From an archaeon (GTDB taxonomy: Archaea > EX4484-52 > WAPT01): a DNA stretch of 64,000 bases. The notes under the pieces were generated by a model. It was not told the origin of the DNA and did not search any database. It saw only the letters and a program-made list of their open reading frames with translations. Made by a program: the position numbers and the translations under genes. The DNA lies in contig JAPDKB010000007.1 in NCBI GenBank assembly GCA_029258795.1, positions 55,070-119,069 on the forward strand, given 5' to 3'. This document shows, piece by piece, positions 46,809 through 56,800 of the stretch (position 1 is the stretch's first letter; every line of letters begins with the position of its first letter).

Positions 46809-48506
46809 ATGTCATCAAAGGCCTTTGAGCCGTGGATCCGGATTAGATATCAGATTCTGCTTAAAGAGTTCGGAGAGCGAGAATTCACAAGAAAGGATGC
46901 GGAAATTGCTTTAAGCAAGCATGACAAACCCTTACTAAACATAAACGAGCTCTTCAGCATCTTGGCAAAAGAGGGCTTGTTACAATCTAAAGAAAAAAAC
47001 GGTAAGCACTTCTACAGGCTCACACCACCTACAGAAGAGAAAGTTAAGGCTACGAGGGACCAAATTATAAGAGTTCTGAAAAATGGGGCAGATATCATCA
47101 GGAATAGGGAATACAGAATGCTGCTTGTTCTCTTGTTCTATAAAGCTCTGAGTGATAGGTGGGTCAAGAAGGTGGAGGAATATCTTAAAGAGGTTGATGA
47201 TGTCAAGGCTGCTTATCATCTCGCAAATATCGAATACTATTACCTTTATGATGAGCCAGAAGATAAGCTTTATACATGGGATGAGGTTGTAAAGGATAAG
47301 GTTAATCTGGTAAACAACTTCATAGTGGCCTTGAATAGGATTGCTGAACTAAATGATAAGCTGGCCGATATTAAAATTCTTGTCGATAAACTTGGATTTG
47401 CAGGATTTGTAGCCAATGAGGAGAACTATCTATTGTTTAAGGATCTTGTAGAGAGTTTTAACAGGTTGGACTTGAGGGAAGCTAACTATGATATCATTGG
47501 AGATGCTTATGAATGGATTCTGTCCTATTTTGCTCCAACCAAAGCAAAGGCAGGAGAGATCTATACACCTAGAGAAGTTATCCGCCTGATGGTTGAGATT
47601 CTTGATATTCCTCCCAATTCAGATGTTCTTGATCCTGCATGTGGTTCATGTGCCATGCTCATAGAAGCGTACAAATACGCTAGTGAGAAATACCAAGACG
47701 GTAAAACTTTGAGGCTTGAAGGTCAGGAATGGGATGATCTAACTTGTGTGCTCGGAAAACTTAACCTTGTTATGCATGGAATCACAGAAAACTACACGGT
47801 GCATCTTGGGGATAGCTTGATAAACCAGAAGTTTTCTCAAGCAGATTATGTTCTGGCCAATCCGCCTTGGAATTTAGATTATGACATCAACAAATCCATG
47901 AATGAGAAACTGAAGGAGATTTACAAGTATGGCATCACTCCAAAACAAAGTGCTGACTGGCTTTGGGTTCAGCTCATGATTCACTTTGCAAGAAAAAAGG
48001 TGGCTGTTGTTCTGGATAACGGTGCTTTGTTTAGGGGAGGAAAAGAGAGGATAATAAGGGAAGGTATAGTTAAAGATGATCTGGTGGAGTGTGTTATCTT
48101 GCTTCCTGAGAAATTGTTCTACAATACAGGAGCACCAGGAATTATAATGATTCTCAACAAAAACAAACCAGAAGAAAGGAAGGGAAAGATTCTGTTTATA
48201 AATGCTTCTCAGGAGTTTGAAAAACACCCGGAAGTCAGGAAATTGAACATCCTAAGCAGGAAAAACATCAACAAAATCGTGAAAGCTTACCGCGAGTTTA
48301 AGGACATTGAAGGATTCTGCAGAGTCGTGAGCTTGGAAGAAATCAAAGAGAATGATTACAACTTGAACGTCACGCTTTACGTTTTCCCACAGGAGGAAGT
48401 TGAGGAAATTGACGTTAAAAAGGAGTGGGAGGAACTGAAGAGGGTTGAGGAGGAGATAAAGGAGGTTGAGAAGAGGGTTGAAGAATTTATTAGGGTGGTG
48501 AAGTGA
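46809..48506 (+). CDS. hsdM: Type I restriction-modification system methyltransferase subunit HsdM, with an ~80-aa N-terminal wHTH-like extension
   Basis: HsdM_N-like LLVLLFYKALSDRW. Motif I VLDPACGSCAML. Motif IV ANPPWN. Confidence 0.93.
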   Translation: MSSKAFEPWIRIRYQILLKEFGEREFTRKDAEIALSKHDKPLLNINELFSILAKEGLLQSKEKNGKHFYRLTPPTEEKVKATRDQIIRVLKNGADIIRNREYRMLLVLLFYKALSDRWVKKVEEYLKEVDDVKAAYHLANIEYYYLYDEPEDKLYTWDEVVKDKVNLVNNFIVALNRIAELNDKLADIKILVDKLGFAGFVANEENYLLFKDLVESFNRLDLREANYDIIGDAYEWILSYFAPTKAKAGEIYTPREVIRLMVEILDIPPNSDVLDPACGSCAMLIEAYKYASEKYQDGKTLRLEGQEWDDLTCVLGKLNLVMHGITENYTVHLGDSLINQKFSQADYVLANPPWNLDYDINKSMNEKLKEIYKYGITPKQSADWLWVQLMIHFARKKVAVVLDNGALFRGGKERIIREGIVKDDLVECVILLPEKLFYNTGAPGIIMILNKNKPEERKGKILFINASQEFEKHPEVRKLNILSRKNINKIVKAYREFKDIEGFCRVVSLEEIKENDYNLNVTLYVFPQEEVEEIDVKKEWEELKRVEEEIKEVEKRVEEFIRVVK

Positions 48507-49609
48507 AAGAAAATATCTATCCTATAGGTTTTTGGAATAAGGAAGAGTTAATAGATATAATTAAATCTAATTTGCCAGAGGACATATGTGTGAAAACGAT
48601 TGATTCAAAGTCTTTTCAAGAATTTCTTATATTGTCCGATGATCATGGAAAGATAATTCTTAATTATGATAAGAGTGGACACTTTATTTTAAACTTGACA
48701 CAATGTAAAGAACCTGAAAAAATACAACAATCGCTAGAAAAGGCACTCAATTTAGACTACACTCTTCCAGGAAAATACAGAACTAAAACGTGGAAGTTAA
48801 CTTCTCCTAATTTATCTCGAGAACTTTTGGAGATTTTAATAGATAACTTTCCTAACCAGGTCAAAAAAATAAAACACACCCCAGACATGTATTTTCAGTG
48901 CAAACTTATCGGCAAAAATACACTAACTCATATGAAAAATGGTGATCTCCACTTAAGAGTCGAGCACCGGAATAAAGCAATTGATGAAATTTATGAGATA
49001 ATTGAATCATTTTTAAAAGATAAAATATCACAGAATATGCGAAAATTAAAAGAAATTGATGTAGGCAAAGAAAGCTACGAAGATTTTATCAAAAATCATA
49101 TTTCTATAGACATTGTTCAGTATATTGATAAAGATGTTTACAATTATCTTTCAGGAAGAGACGTTTGGGAAATATCGGATGGATTAAGAATTTTTCATAT
49201 GATAAAAATCGGAAATATCCCATTAAAAAATTATAAATGCTTAGTAAGAAATTTTTCTATTGCATTTGAAGGGTTTTTAATTAAATACTTTCTTGAAATA
49301 GGTTTCATTGATAAGGAAGAGTATGAGCAAGATCCAACCACGGCTAGGATATTTAGCTGTATTAATCGATTGAGAAAGGAGTATGGAGAAATAATTAATC
49401 GACGTGAAAAAGGTCTGACAGGAACACTTTCTGGATTATGGGTAGAGTGTAGGAATAATTATTTGCATTCTGATATGTACAGTTTTTCACACCTATACAC
49501 AATAAAGGAAGCAGAGTCAAAAATTATTGAGATCTTACTCACAATGAAAAGATTGCTCAATGTGTTGCCTCTAATAAGAAACAATAATACAAATGGAGAT
49601 GAGTCATGA
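48503..49609 (+). CDS. Restriction-linked ORF A: putative HEPN-domain RNase with RnlA/LsoA-like architecture
   Basis: ATGA overlap with hsdM. Two segments (GKIILNYDKSGHFILNL; NTLTHMKNGDLHLRVEH) resemble the TBP-like/RNase HIII-N fold motif. A C-terminal helical domain carries R-NNYL-H (codons 49451-49468). Length is 368 aa. Confidence 0.55.
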   Translation: MKENIYPIGFWNKEELIDIIKSNLPEDICVKTIDSKSFQEFLILSDDHGKIILNYDKSGHFILNLTQCKEPEKIQQSLEKALNLDYTLPGKYRTKTWKLTSPNLSRELLEILIDNFPNQVKKIKHTPDMYFQCKLIGKNTLTHMKNGDLHLRVEHRNKAIDEIYEIIESFLKDKISQNMRKLKEIDVGKESYEDFIKNHISIDIVQYIDKDVYNYLSGRDVWEISDGLRIFHMIKIGNIPLKNYKCLVRNFSIAFEGFLIKYFLEIGFIDKEEYEQDPTTARIFSCINRLRKEYGEIINRREKGLTGTLSGLWVECRNNYLHSDMYSFSHLYTIKEAESKIIEILLTMKRLLNVLPLIRNNNTNGDES

Positions 49610-49620
49610 AAATTAACATC

Positions 49621-49684
49621 GGCGGATCCGTACCGGCGCGAATGTGCACCATCCGGTGCACGGCCGAGTACGGACTTACCCGCC
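49621..49684. other. GC-rich 64-nt extended stem-loop in an otherwise AT-rich island
   Basis: GGCGG-A-TCCGTAC-CGGC-GCGAAT-GTGCACC-ATCC-GGTGCAC-G-GCCG-A-GTACGGA-CTTAC-CCGCC, with about 23 paired positions by eye. It overlaps a possible 40-aa ORF (49606..49728) whose ATG overlaps the stop of ORF A. Confidence 0.6.
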
Positions 49685-49827
49685 TAAAAGATAATTATGA
49701 GTCGGATTATATAAAACTTTCGATTTAGAAATTCGCGGAAAAATCGGAAAGAACTGGAAAGATATTGATAAGTGATAAAAGTAGATAGAAAAGATGATTA
49801 ACTTACTGAAATAGTGAGTGTGGTCCT

Positions 49828-51291
49828 ATGACATCTTACAAGGAAATTGAGGGATGGTTTGTGGATCTCATAGAAACATTTAGACGGGAGTATGAGAAAC
49901 TCAGCGATTCAGAAAAATCGCAACTTTTGAACAGTTTTGATTATACTTTTCCCTGTCAAATCGAGGTCTTTTGGATGAATGACCCAATAGAATATCAAGT
50001 TATAGTTGTAACCCACGATGAAGATAGGAGTGATATGGAAATAATAATTCATGGTCCTTTTAAAGCTCATGAGTTTTTAGAAAAAATAGAAAAAATCATG
50101 GAAGAGTCCCGATGGCAAAAAGTTGCATATACGCGTCACCCTCATAAAGAAGTAGTAAAATATTCCGATCTCTTTATCTCAATACTCAGCAATCTATTTA
50201 GGATAATCAAAAATTCTATTTTTTCGAAAGTTAGTAAAGGGTATATCGGAGGAGTAGCTCTAGGAGCTAGAGAATGGTGTTGGTATGTTTCGGGTAATGT
50301 TATAGAACTTGATCCCTACGAGTTAGTAAAGAATTCAATTGACGAAATGAAGTACAGAGTAAAAAATAAAACTTCTCAGGGAGAAGAAACAATCCAATTA
50401 TCTCGTATTTCTGAAAATAGATTGAAAGGTTATGGGACATACTTCTATCCTATGGTCTGGATAGGAAAAATACCTGAACCGACATTTAAAGAAAAGGTCA
50501 CTGGAGAGTACAATTTATCTTCAAGTAAAGTTTTCGACACAAAATTTAATACTTTCAAACTTATCGTAAATTCAGACGGATTTATAGGAATAGTCACTGA
50601 AGACAGAACAGAAGCCATTAGGATTTTAAACCTGATCTTCGGTGTGGCGTTAGTATTAGGCCATACTTGCTTTGCTGTAAGGGAGTCTGAAATAGCTGAA
50701 ATAGAAGTCGATCCTCAATCATTAGAAATCTGCTCAATTTCAATGCCATATTTATCCCTAAAAACTCTATTTATAGATCATTTGAGACCAAAGATTACGT
50801 ATTTCGGGATGAAAGAAATTTCTGAAAGTGACATTAGAGAAATCATAAAAATAGCTGAAAAAATAAATAAAAATCCATACTTGTCAGAACTCTTAATTTT
50901 TCTACTTGAAGGAAGTACCCACTATGTAAATGCAGAATATTCGCAATCCTTCATTATGAATTGGGTCATAATTGAAAGATACATCGATAAATTGTGGAGA
51001 GAATTTTTAGATGAAAAACAAATGTCTAATAGGCGAAAAGATAAACTTACTAATCCTGCTTTATGGAACATAGATTCTATACTCGAAGTGTTAAATTTAA
51101 GTGGGAAACTTGATGATGAGGGTTATGAATTGTTACGTGATCTAAAAAATAAGAGAAATAATTTCGTCCATAGAGGGCGACTTATTGATAAAGAAAGCGC
51201 GAAAGAGTTGCTAAATTTTAGTTATGTGATTGTCAAGAACGAATTATTCGATTTCTTGAATCTTGAAAATAAGCAAGAGGTGAGGGAATGA
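49828..51291 (+). CDS. Restriction-linked ORF B: 487-aa protein with a C-terminal HEPN-like domain
   Basis: C-terminus ...YELLRDLKNKRNNFVHRGRLIDKESA has an L-x-x-L-x-x-RN-x-x-x-H signature (R 51154-56, H 51169-71). I do not recognise the N-terminal ~330 aa. Confidence 0.55.
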   Translation: MTSYKEIEGWFVDLIETFRREYEKLSDSEKSQLLNSFDYTFPCQIEVFWMNDPIEYQVIVVTHDEDRSDMEIIIHGPFKAHEFLEKIEKIMEESRWQKVAYTRHPHKEVVKYSDLFISILSNLFRIIKNSIFSKVSKGYIGGVALGAREWCWYVSGNVIELDPYELVKNSIDEMKYRVKNKTSQGEETIQLSRISENRLKGYGTYFYPMVWIGKIPEPTFKEKVTGEYNLSSSKVFDTKFNTFKLIVNSDGFIGIVTEDRTEAIRILNLIFGVALVLGHTCFAVRESEIAEIEVDPQSLEICSISMPYLSLKTLFIDHLRPKITYFGMKEISESDIREIIKIAEKINKNPYLSELLIFLLEGSTHYVNAEYSQSFIMNWVIIERYIDKLWREFLDEKQMSNRRKDKLTNPALWNIDSILEVLNLSGKLDDEGYELLRDLKNKRNNFVHRGRLIDKESAKELLNFSYVIVKNELFDFLNLENKQEVRE

Positions 51292-51608
51292 ACGAAAAAA
51301 TGGTCATAAGTATACTCGTAACCGGACTAATAGGAGGTCTCTTTTTTGGAATTAGCTTAAAAACTGGGGAAAGTGTCAATCCAGAATCGATAATGATAAA
51401 AATGGGTAAATTGATTTGTGAAGAAATTGATAATCCCGAACTTTCTTCCACATGTAAGTTCAATATCCAAATCGTATCACTTATAGCAGGGATTTCAGGA
51501 ATTATTGAAACCTTTTCGGTTGCTAAAAAAGCCGGTGATATTAGAATTGGTCTAATGTTATTGTTTGTAGGATTTATGTTTGGATTACTGATTTCATTGG
51601 TGAGTTAA
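51288..51608 (+). CDS. Small 3-TM membrane protein coupled to ORF B
   Basis: 106 aa. ATGA overlap with the ORF B stop, and its own stop abuts the hsdS ATG. Hydrophobic helices: ISILVTGLIGGLFFGI, IQIVSLIAGISGII, IGLMLLFVGFMFGLLISLV. Confidence 0.6.
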   Translation: MNEKMVISILVTGLIGGLFFGISLKTGESVNPESIMIKMGKLICEEIDNPELSSTCKFNIQIVSLIAGISGIIETFSVAKKAGDIRIGLMLLFVGFMFGLLISLVS

Positions 51609-52862
51609 ATGGAAAAGACCTTTGTCGGACAAATTCCGAAAGATTGGGAAATTGTAAGAGCTGGTCACATCTTTGATATTTACGGCGGCACAACACCATC
51701 AACTAATAATAAAGAATATTGGAACGGTGACATATTATGGGTAACTCCTACAGATGTAACTAAATTAAACAATACTCCCTATTTAGATGATACCGAAAAG
51801 AAGATAACAGAAAAAGCTGTAAGAGAGTGTTCATTAAAAATTTTACAACCTGGAACGCTTTTATTGACTTCTAGAGCTACAATCGGATTTACTGCAATAA
51901 ACAAAAAGCCAGTTACAATCAACCAAGGGATAACCGCACTTATTCCAAAGAAAAAAGATATGGTCGATGTTTTATTTTATAATTATTATTTTAGATTGCT
52001 AAGAACCTATCTTCAACAACTCGGAGCAGGAAGCACATTTAAAGAAATTTCTAGATCGATAATTAAGAAGCTCAAAATCCCACTCCCACCCCTCCCCGAA
52101 CAAAAAAAGATAGCCGAAATTTTAAGTACAGTAGATAAAGCAATCCAGAAAGTCGATGAAGCGATAGCGAAGACTGAAAGGCTGAAGAAGGGTTTGATGC
52201 AGGAGCTTTTGACGAAAGGCATAGGGCACAAGGAGTTTAAGAATACGGAGATTGGCAGGATTCCGAAGGAGTGGAAAATAGTAAAGTTGGAGGATGTAGC
52301 CAAAGTGTTTGATTGCAAACATCGGACGCCCACGTACTATTCTGAAGGCTTTCCGGTTTTACTTCCGAGAAATGTTCAAGAGGGACGCATATCTTTAGAG
52401 GATGCTCCGAGAACAAGTTACGAAGAATATCTCGATCTCACAGAAAAATACAAACCTGCAAGAGGCGATATTATTTATACGAGAAACGCTAAAGTAGGAG
52501 TTGCAGGAATGGTGATGACTAATGAAGAATTTGCACTAGGACAAGATTTAGTAGGCATAAGACCTCTCAAAAAAGTCGAGTCCAATTATTTGTTATATGT
52601 GTTGAATTCTAGTATAATCAGGAGATATTTGATAAAAGCCCAAACAGGTTCTACCTTTAAAAGGATAAATCTAAGTTTAATTAGAAAATTAAAAATTCCA
52701 CTCCCATCACTCGAAGAACAACACAAGATCGCCGAAATTCTCTCAACAGTTGATAGAAAGCTCGAACTCGAAAGGAAAAGAAAGGAGAAGCTTGAAAGGA
52801 TTAAGAAGGGTTTGATGAATGATTTGTTGACGGGGAGGAAGAGGGTGAGAGTAGAATGTTAG
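51609..52862 (+). CDS. hsdS: Type I R-M specificity subunit HsdS (two target-recognition domains)
   Basis: Duplicated conserved spacer regions: LKIPLPPLPEQKKIAEILSTVDKAI...LKKGLMQELLTKG and LKIPLPSLEEQHKIAEILSTVDRKL...IKKGLMNDLLTGR. Confidence 0.92.
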   Translation: MEKTFVGQIPKDWEIVRAGHIFDIYGGTTPSTNNKEYWNGDILWVTPTDVTKLNNTPYLDDTEKKITEKAVRECSLKILQPGTLLLTSRATIGFTAINKKPVTINQGITALIPKKKDMVDVLFYNYYFRLLRTYLQQLGAGSTFKEISRSIIKKLKIPLPPLPEQKKIAEILSTVDKAIQKVDEAIAKTERLKKGLMQELLTKGIGHKEFKNTEIGRIPKEWKIVKLEDVAKVFDCKHRTPTYYSEGFPVLLPRNVQEGRISLEDAPRTSYEEYLDLTEKYKPARGDIIYTRNAKVGVAGMVMTNEEFALGQDLVGIRPLKKVESNYLLYVLNSSIIRRYLIKAQTGSTFKRINLSLIRKLKIPLPSLEEQHKIAEILSTVDRKLELERKRKEKLERIKKGLMNDLLTGRKRVRVEC

Positions 52863-53824
52863 CAGATAGTTTAATTGTTAAGGGAAAAGTTTTCGTTAAT
52901 CTACCCTTCAGAGAGTATAGAAAATTAAAAGATGCTATAATAGAATTTATGAAAGCTGAAGGCTATGATTTTATTTCGCCTTTTTCTCTTTTTCATGAAT
53001 TCTTATCTTTAACATTCACATTACGGTTCCCCAATGAAGTTCCAATTTCCTTACGAATCAAAAAGTTTCTTAACATTATCGACCATACCAAGTTTCGCGA
53101 AAAGGTGTATTTTTACTATCTCTTACGTGTAAGAAACGACGTACCTTTTGAATTGACTATTCTCCTCTATCCTGGAAAAATGAAAAGGAAAGATGGTATC
53201 ATACTTGAAATAACAGCCAAACCCACCATTTATTTCAAACTTACACAACTCCACACAAAAACAAAATTAATTAGTGAAGAGGACTATAGTTTCATAATAT
53301 TTGAAAATAAAGAATTTATAAAGAAAATAGCCAGATCTATTGGTGGGTACATAGTAGAAGAGCCAAAACCGTTGTTAGAATATGTAAAAAGTGAAGTCTC
53401 TGAAAAATTAAGAAAATTTGAATTTGATAGGTTAGCTAAAATATTAGAAGAGAGCAAAGCAAAAATAGAAACTGGTAAAATCAAAGAAGGTATGGACGAT
53501 TTGCGAGGGTTCATTGAAAACTTTTTCTTTGAGCTTGTTTCTAGAACTGGAGAAAAACCAAAATCGAGAGATCAACCTGAGAAAAATCTAGAAATTTTAG
53601 AAAAAGTAGGATACATAAGTGGAGAAATAAAAGGATTAATTTATTCTTCACTTATCAATGGAGTATATAGAAAAATCTTATCTGAAAAACATCATAAAAG
53701 AGAATCCTCTGATCTATTCACAGCAAGATTATGTGTTAAGATAGTAGAAAACGTCGTTGATATTCTATTAGAGTTGGTTTATCATTATAAAATCAAGATA
53801 CGAAATAATGAGGGTGTCCCCTAA
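52856..53824 (+). CDS. Restriction-linked ORF D: 322-aa protein with a C-terminal helical (possibly HEPN-like) domain
   Basis: Overlaps the hsdS stop by 7 nt and the hsdR ATG by 1 nt. C-terminus DDLRGFIENFFFELV...VYRKILSEKHHKRESSDLFTARL has R-x6-H about 43 aa from the end, a position similar to that in ORFs A and B. The motif match is weak. Confidence 0.5.
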   Translation: MLADSLIVKGKVFVNLPFREYRKLKDAIIEFMKAEGYDFISPFSLFHEFLSLTFTLRFPNEVPISLRIKKFLNIIDHTKFREKVYFYYLLRVRNDVPFELTILLYPGKMKRKDGIILEITAKPTIYFKLTQLHTKTKLISEEDYSFIIFENKEFIKKIARSIGGYIVEEPKPLLEYVKSEVSEKLRKFEFDRLAKILEESKAKIETGKIKEGMDDLRGFIENFFFELVSRTGEKPKSRDQPEKNLEILEKVGYISGEIKGLIYSSLINGVYRKILSEKHHKRESSDLFTARLCVKIVENVVDILLELVYHYKIKIRNNEGVP

Positions 53825-56800
53825 TGTCCCTTGAAAAAGCTTATCTTGATGAGTTTTGTAAAAAGCTGGAAGAGATTGGGTGGAAAGAGTTAAAGCCTCA
53901 AAGCTTGGATAATCATTTAATCAAAGAAATTTTTGAGAAGAAGGTGGAGGAGCTGAATAAGGACGTTCTTGATGCTTATGCGGAGCAGAAAGATAAGATC
54001 ATGAATCAGGTTTATTTGACTATCCAGAATGCTGATGAAGTGAAGATGCTTGATATTTTGAGGTTTGGTGCTGACATCGTGATCAAAAAATGGAATTCTT
54101 TGATTCCTTTGAATATAAAGCTGATTGATTATGAAAATGTCCGAAGAAATAAGTTCAATTACATAAGAGAGCAGGAAATAAAGCATGGGAATAATGTTGA
54201 CAGGCCTGACATTCTGCTTTTTGTTAACGGAATTCCTCTTGTTTTGATAGAGGGTAAAAGTCCGATCATGCAGAGTTTCGGCGAGCCGTATTATGAAGGA
54301 CTAAAGCAAATAATGAGGTATCAAAAGGAAATAAGATCCCTCTTCAAATTCGTTCAGTTTGGTGTAGTTGCAGCAGATAGAAATCCTTACATCCCCACGT
54401 TCCCGAGAGAAGAAATAAAATCTCCTGCCGGCTACGGATTCTGGAAAGTAAATAGAAAGGAGAGCATCTTTGATCTGTTAAAACCTGACAGATTGCTTGA
54501 TGTTATAAGACACTTCATATTTTTCACGAGAGACAAGAAGGGAGAGAGAACAAAGATCATAGCAAGATACATGCAGTATTTTGCCACAAAACGAGCAATG
54601 GAAAGGATCAGCAAATATTTGGAAAACAAGGATAACAAAAATCAGGGTTTGATATGGCATTGGCAGGGATCGGGTAAAACATACACAATGTTCTTCATTG
54701 CTTACCAGTTCCTTCTCAGGTATAACAAAAGGAATCCACTTGTGTTTTTTGTTATTGACAGAATAGAGCTGGAGAAACAGCTGGAGGATGTGTTTAAGTC
54801 AATAGAACACAAAAGAGTTGGAGATGTTAAAAGAATAGAAAAGATAGAAGAACTGAAAGAAGTCATAAAAAATGCAGATAGAGAATGGGGACTTAAAATA
54901 ACCACGATACAAAAATTCCAGCCTAGGGAACTAGACATAAAAGAAAAGGTTGAGAAGAAAGAAGTCCTCTTTCTGATAGATGAAGCTCATAGAAGTCAAT
55001 ATGGAGATTTAGCAGCCACAATGAGAAAAATATTTAGCAAAGCCATCTTCATTGGATTTACCGGCACGCCAGTATTCGTAAACGAAAGAAACACATTCAA
55101 GCACTTTGCTTACCCTCCTGACGAAATATATCTTGATGTTTATTTCATTCAGCAGTCTCAGGAAGATGGCTTTACTTTACCTATAATTTTCAGAGTGATC
55201 GAGGAGAAAAAAGAGAAAATAGGGGGAATAGACATACTGCTAAGCGAGGATGATATAAGGGCGATATTAGAAGCTTACAAAGAGGATGAAATGGAAGTTG
55301 ACAGCATCTTAGAAGGTGAGATAGCAAGGAAGTTAAAGAAGCAACTAAGGAGCAAAATTAGGAAGACAAGAATAATTCTAGAGAACGAAAAAAGAATTGA
55401 GAAGGTGGTGGAATACATAAAGGAGAATATAAGGGAAGACACGGAAAACTTTACTTTCAAGGCAATGATAGTAGCGGCAAATAGGACAGCTTGTGTAAGG
55501 TACAAGAAAATAATGGATAAGCACTTCCCAGAAGAATTTAGTGAAGTTGTGATGTCATACCAACAAAATGAAAAAGAAGAAATCCACACGTTTAAGGAGA
55601 AATTCCTTAAGAGATACAACACAAGGGACTGGAATGAAGCTAACGAAAAGGTAAGAGAAAACTTCCTTAAGAAGGAGTATCCAAAAGTTCTTATCGTTAC
55701 TGACATGCTGCTAACTGGATTTGATGCTCCCATTCTCAAAGTGATGTATTTGGATAAGCCGATATTTTATCACAGATTATTACAAGCAACAGCAAGGGTT
55801 AATAGGCCTTATCCTGAACTGAATAAAAAACACGGGTTAATTGTGGATAGTGTCGGATTGCTGGCCCACATACAAAGAACCCTGAATATCTACCAATATC
55901 TAGCGGAAGAGAATTCAGAAAAAATAAGGGAGGATTTGAAAAATGCATTTAAAGATAGTGAGAAAGAGCTGGAAATTTTAAAACAAAAAATAGATTACCT
56001 GAAAACCAAACTAAAGGATTATGGTATCGATCTGGAGATGATAGCTAAATGTCTAAAGAACAACGATCTAAGCTTTTATGAGGATCTTAAGGAAAAAATA
56101 AGCGGTCCTAATGGTATGGCGATGTATTTCACAGAAAAAGAAGATGTTAGAAAAATGATGAGATTCGTCAAGGAAGCCTTGGAAATATACAAATCGCTTG
56201 GTGCTTATCCTAAAAAGCTGGATTATAAGTGGGAAAAAGATGCTCTTTTTGTAATCTATAATATGTTTTTGAAAACAGTCAACAAAGGAAGGAAAAAGGT
56301 TGTTGGCGAGGTGTGGGATAAATTAATTGAACAAATTCACAGGTCAACTGTAGTAGAAGAGCTCATAGATAAGGTGGAGAAGGAAGTAAAAGCTGTAAAG
56401 CCTATAAAACCCCAAATCAAAGAGGCTGCTGTAACGTTCTATGAGATTAGGAACGTTGTTATGGATAGACTTCACAACCCTCTCTACAGAGAGATTTACG
56501 AGAGGTTAGAAAGATTACGAAAAATGTGGCTTGAAAGAAACATCGGCGTTGAGGAGTTCATAAAGGAGCTTGAAAAAGAGCGGGAGGAGGTAGAGAAACT
56601 TGAAAAGTTAGAACAAAAACCAGGTTGGGAAAAAATCTACAAAATGACCTCCGAATATTTACAGAAAAATCTTGGTGAAAGATTGGAAATTCCAGAATTG
56701 AAAAATAAGTTGAAGGATATCTTCGAGAGAAATAGATTTTTAGAGGTGGATGAAAAGGAAATCAGACTGATTGTTGCGAAAGCTTTATTGAGACATAAGA

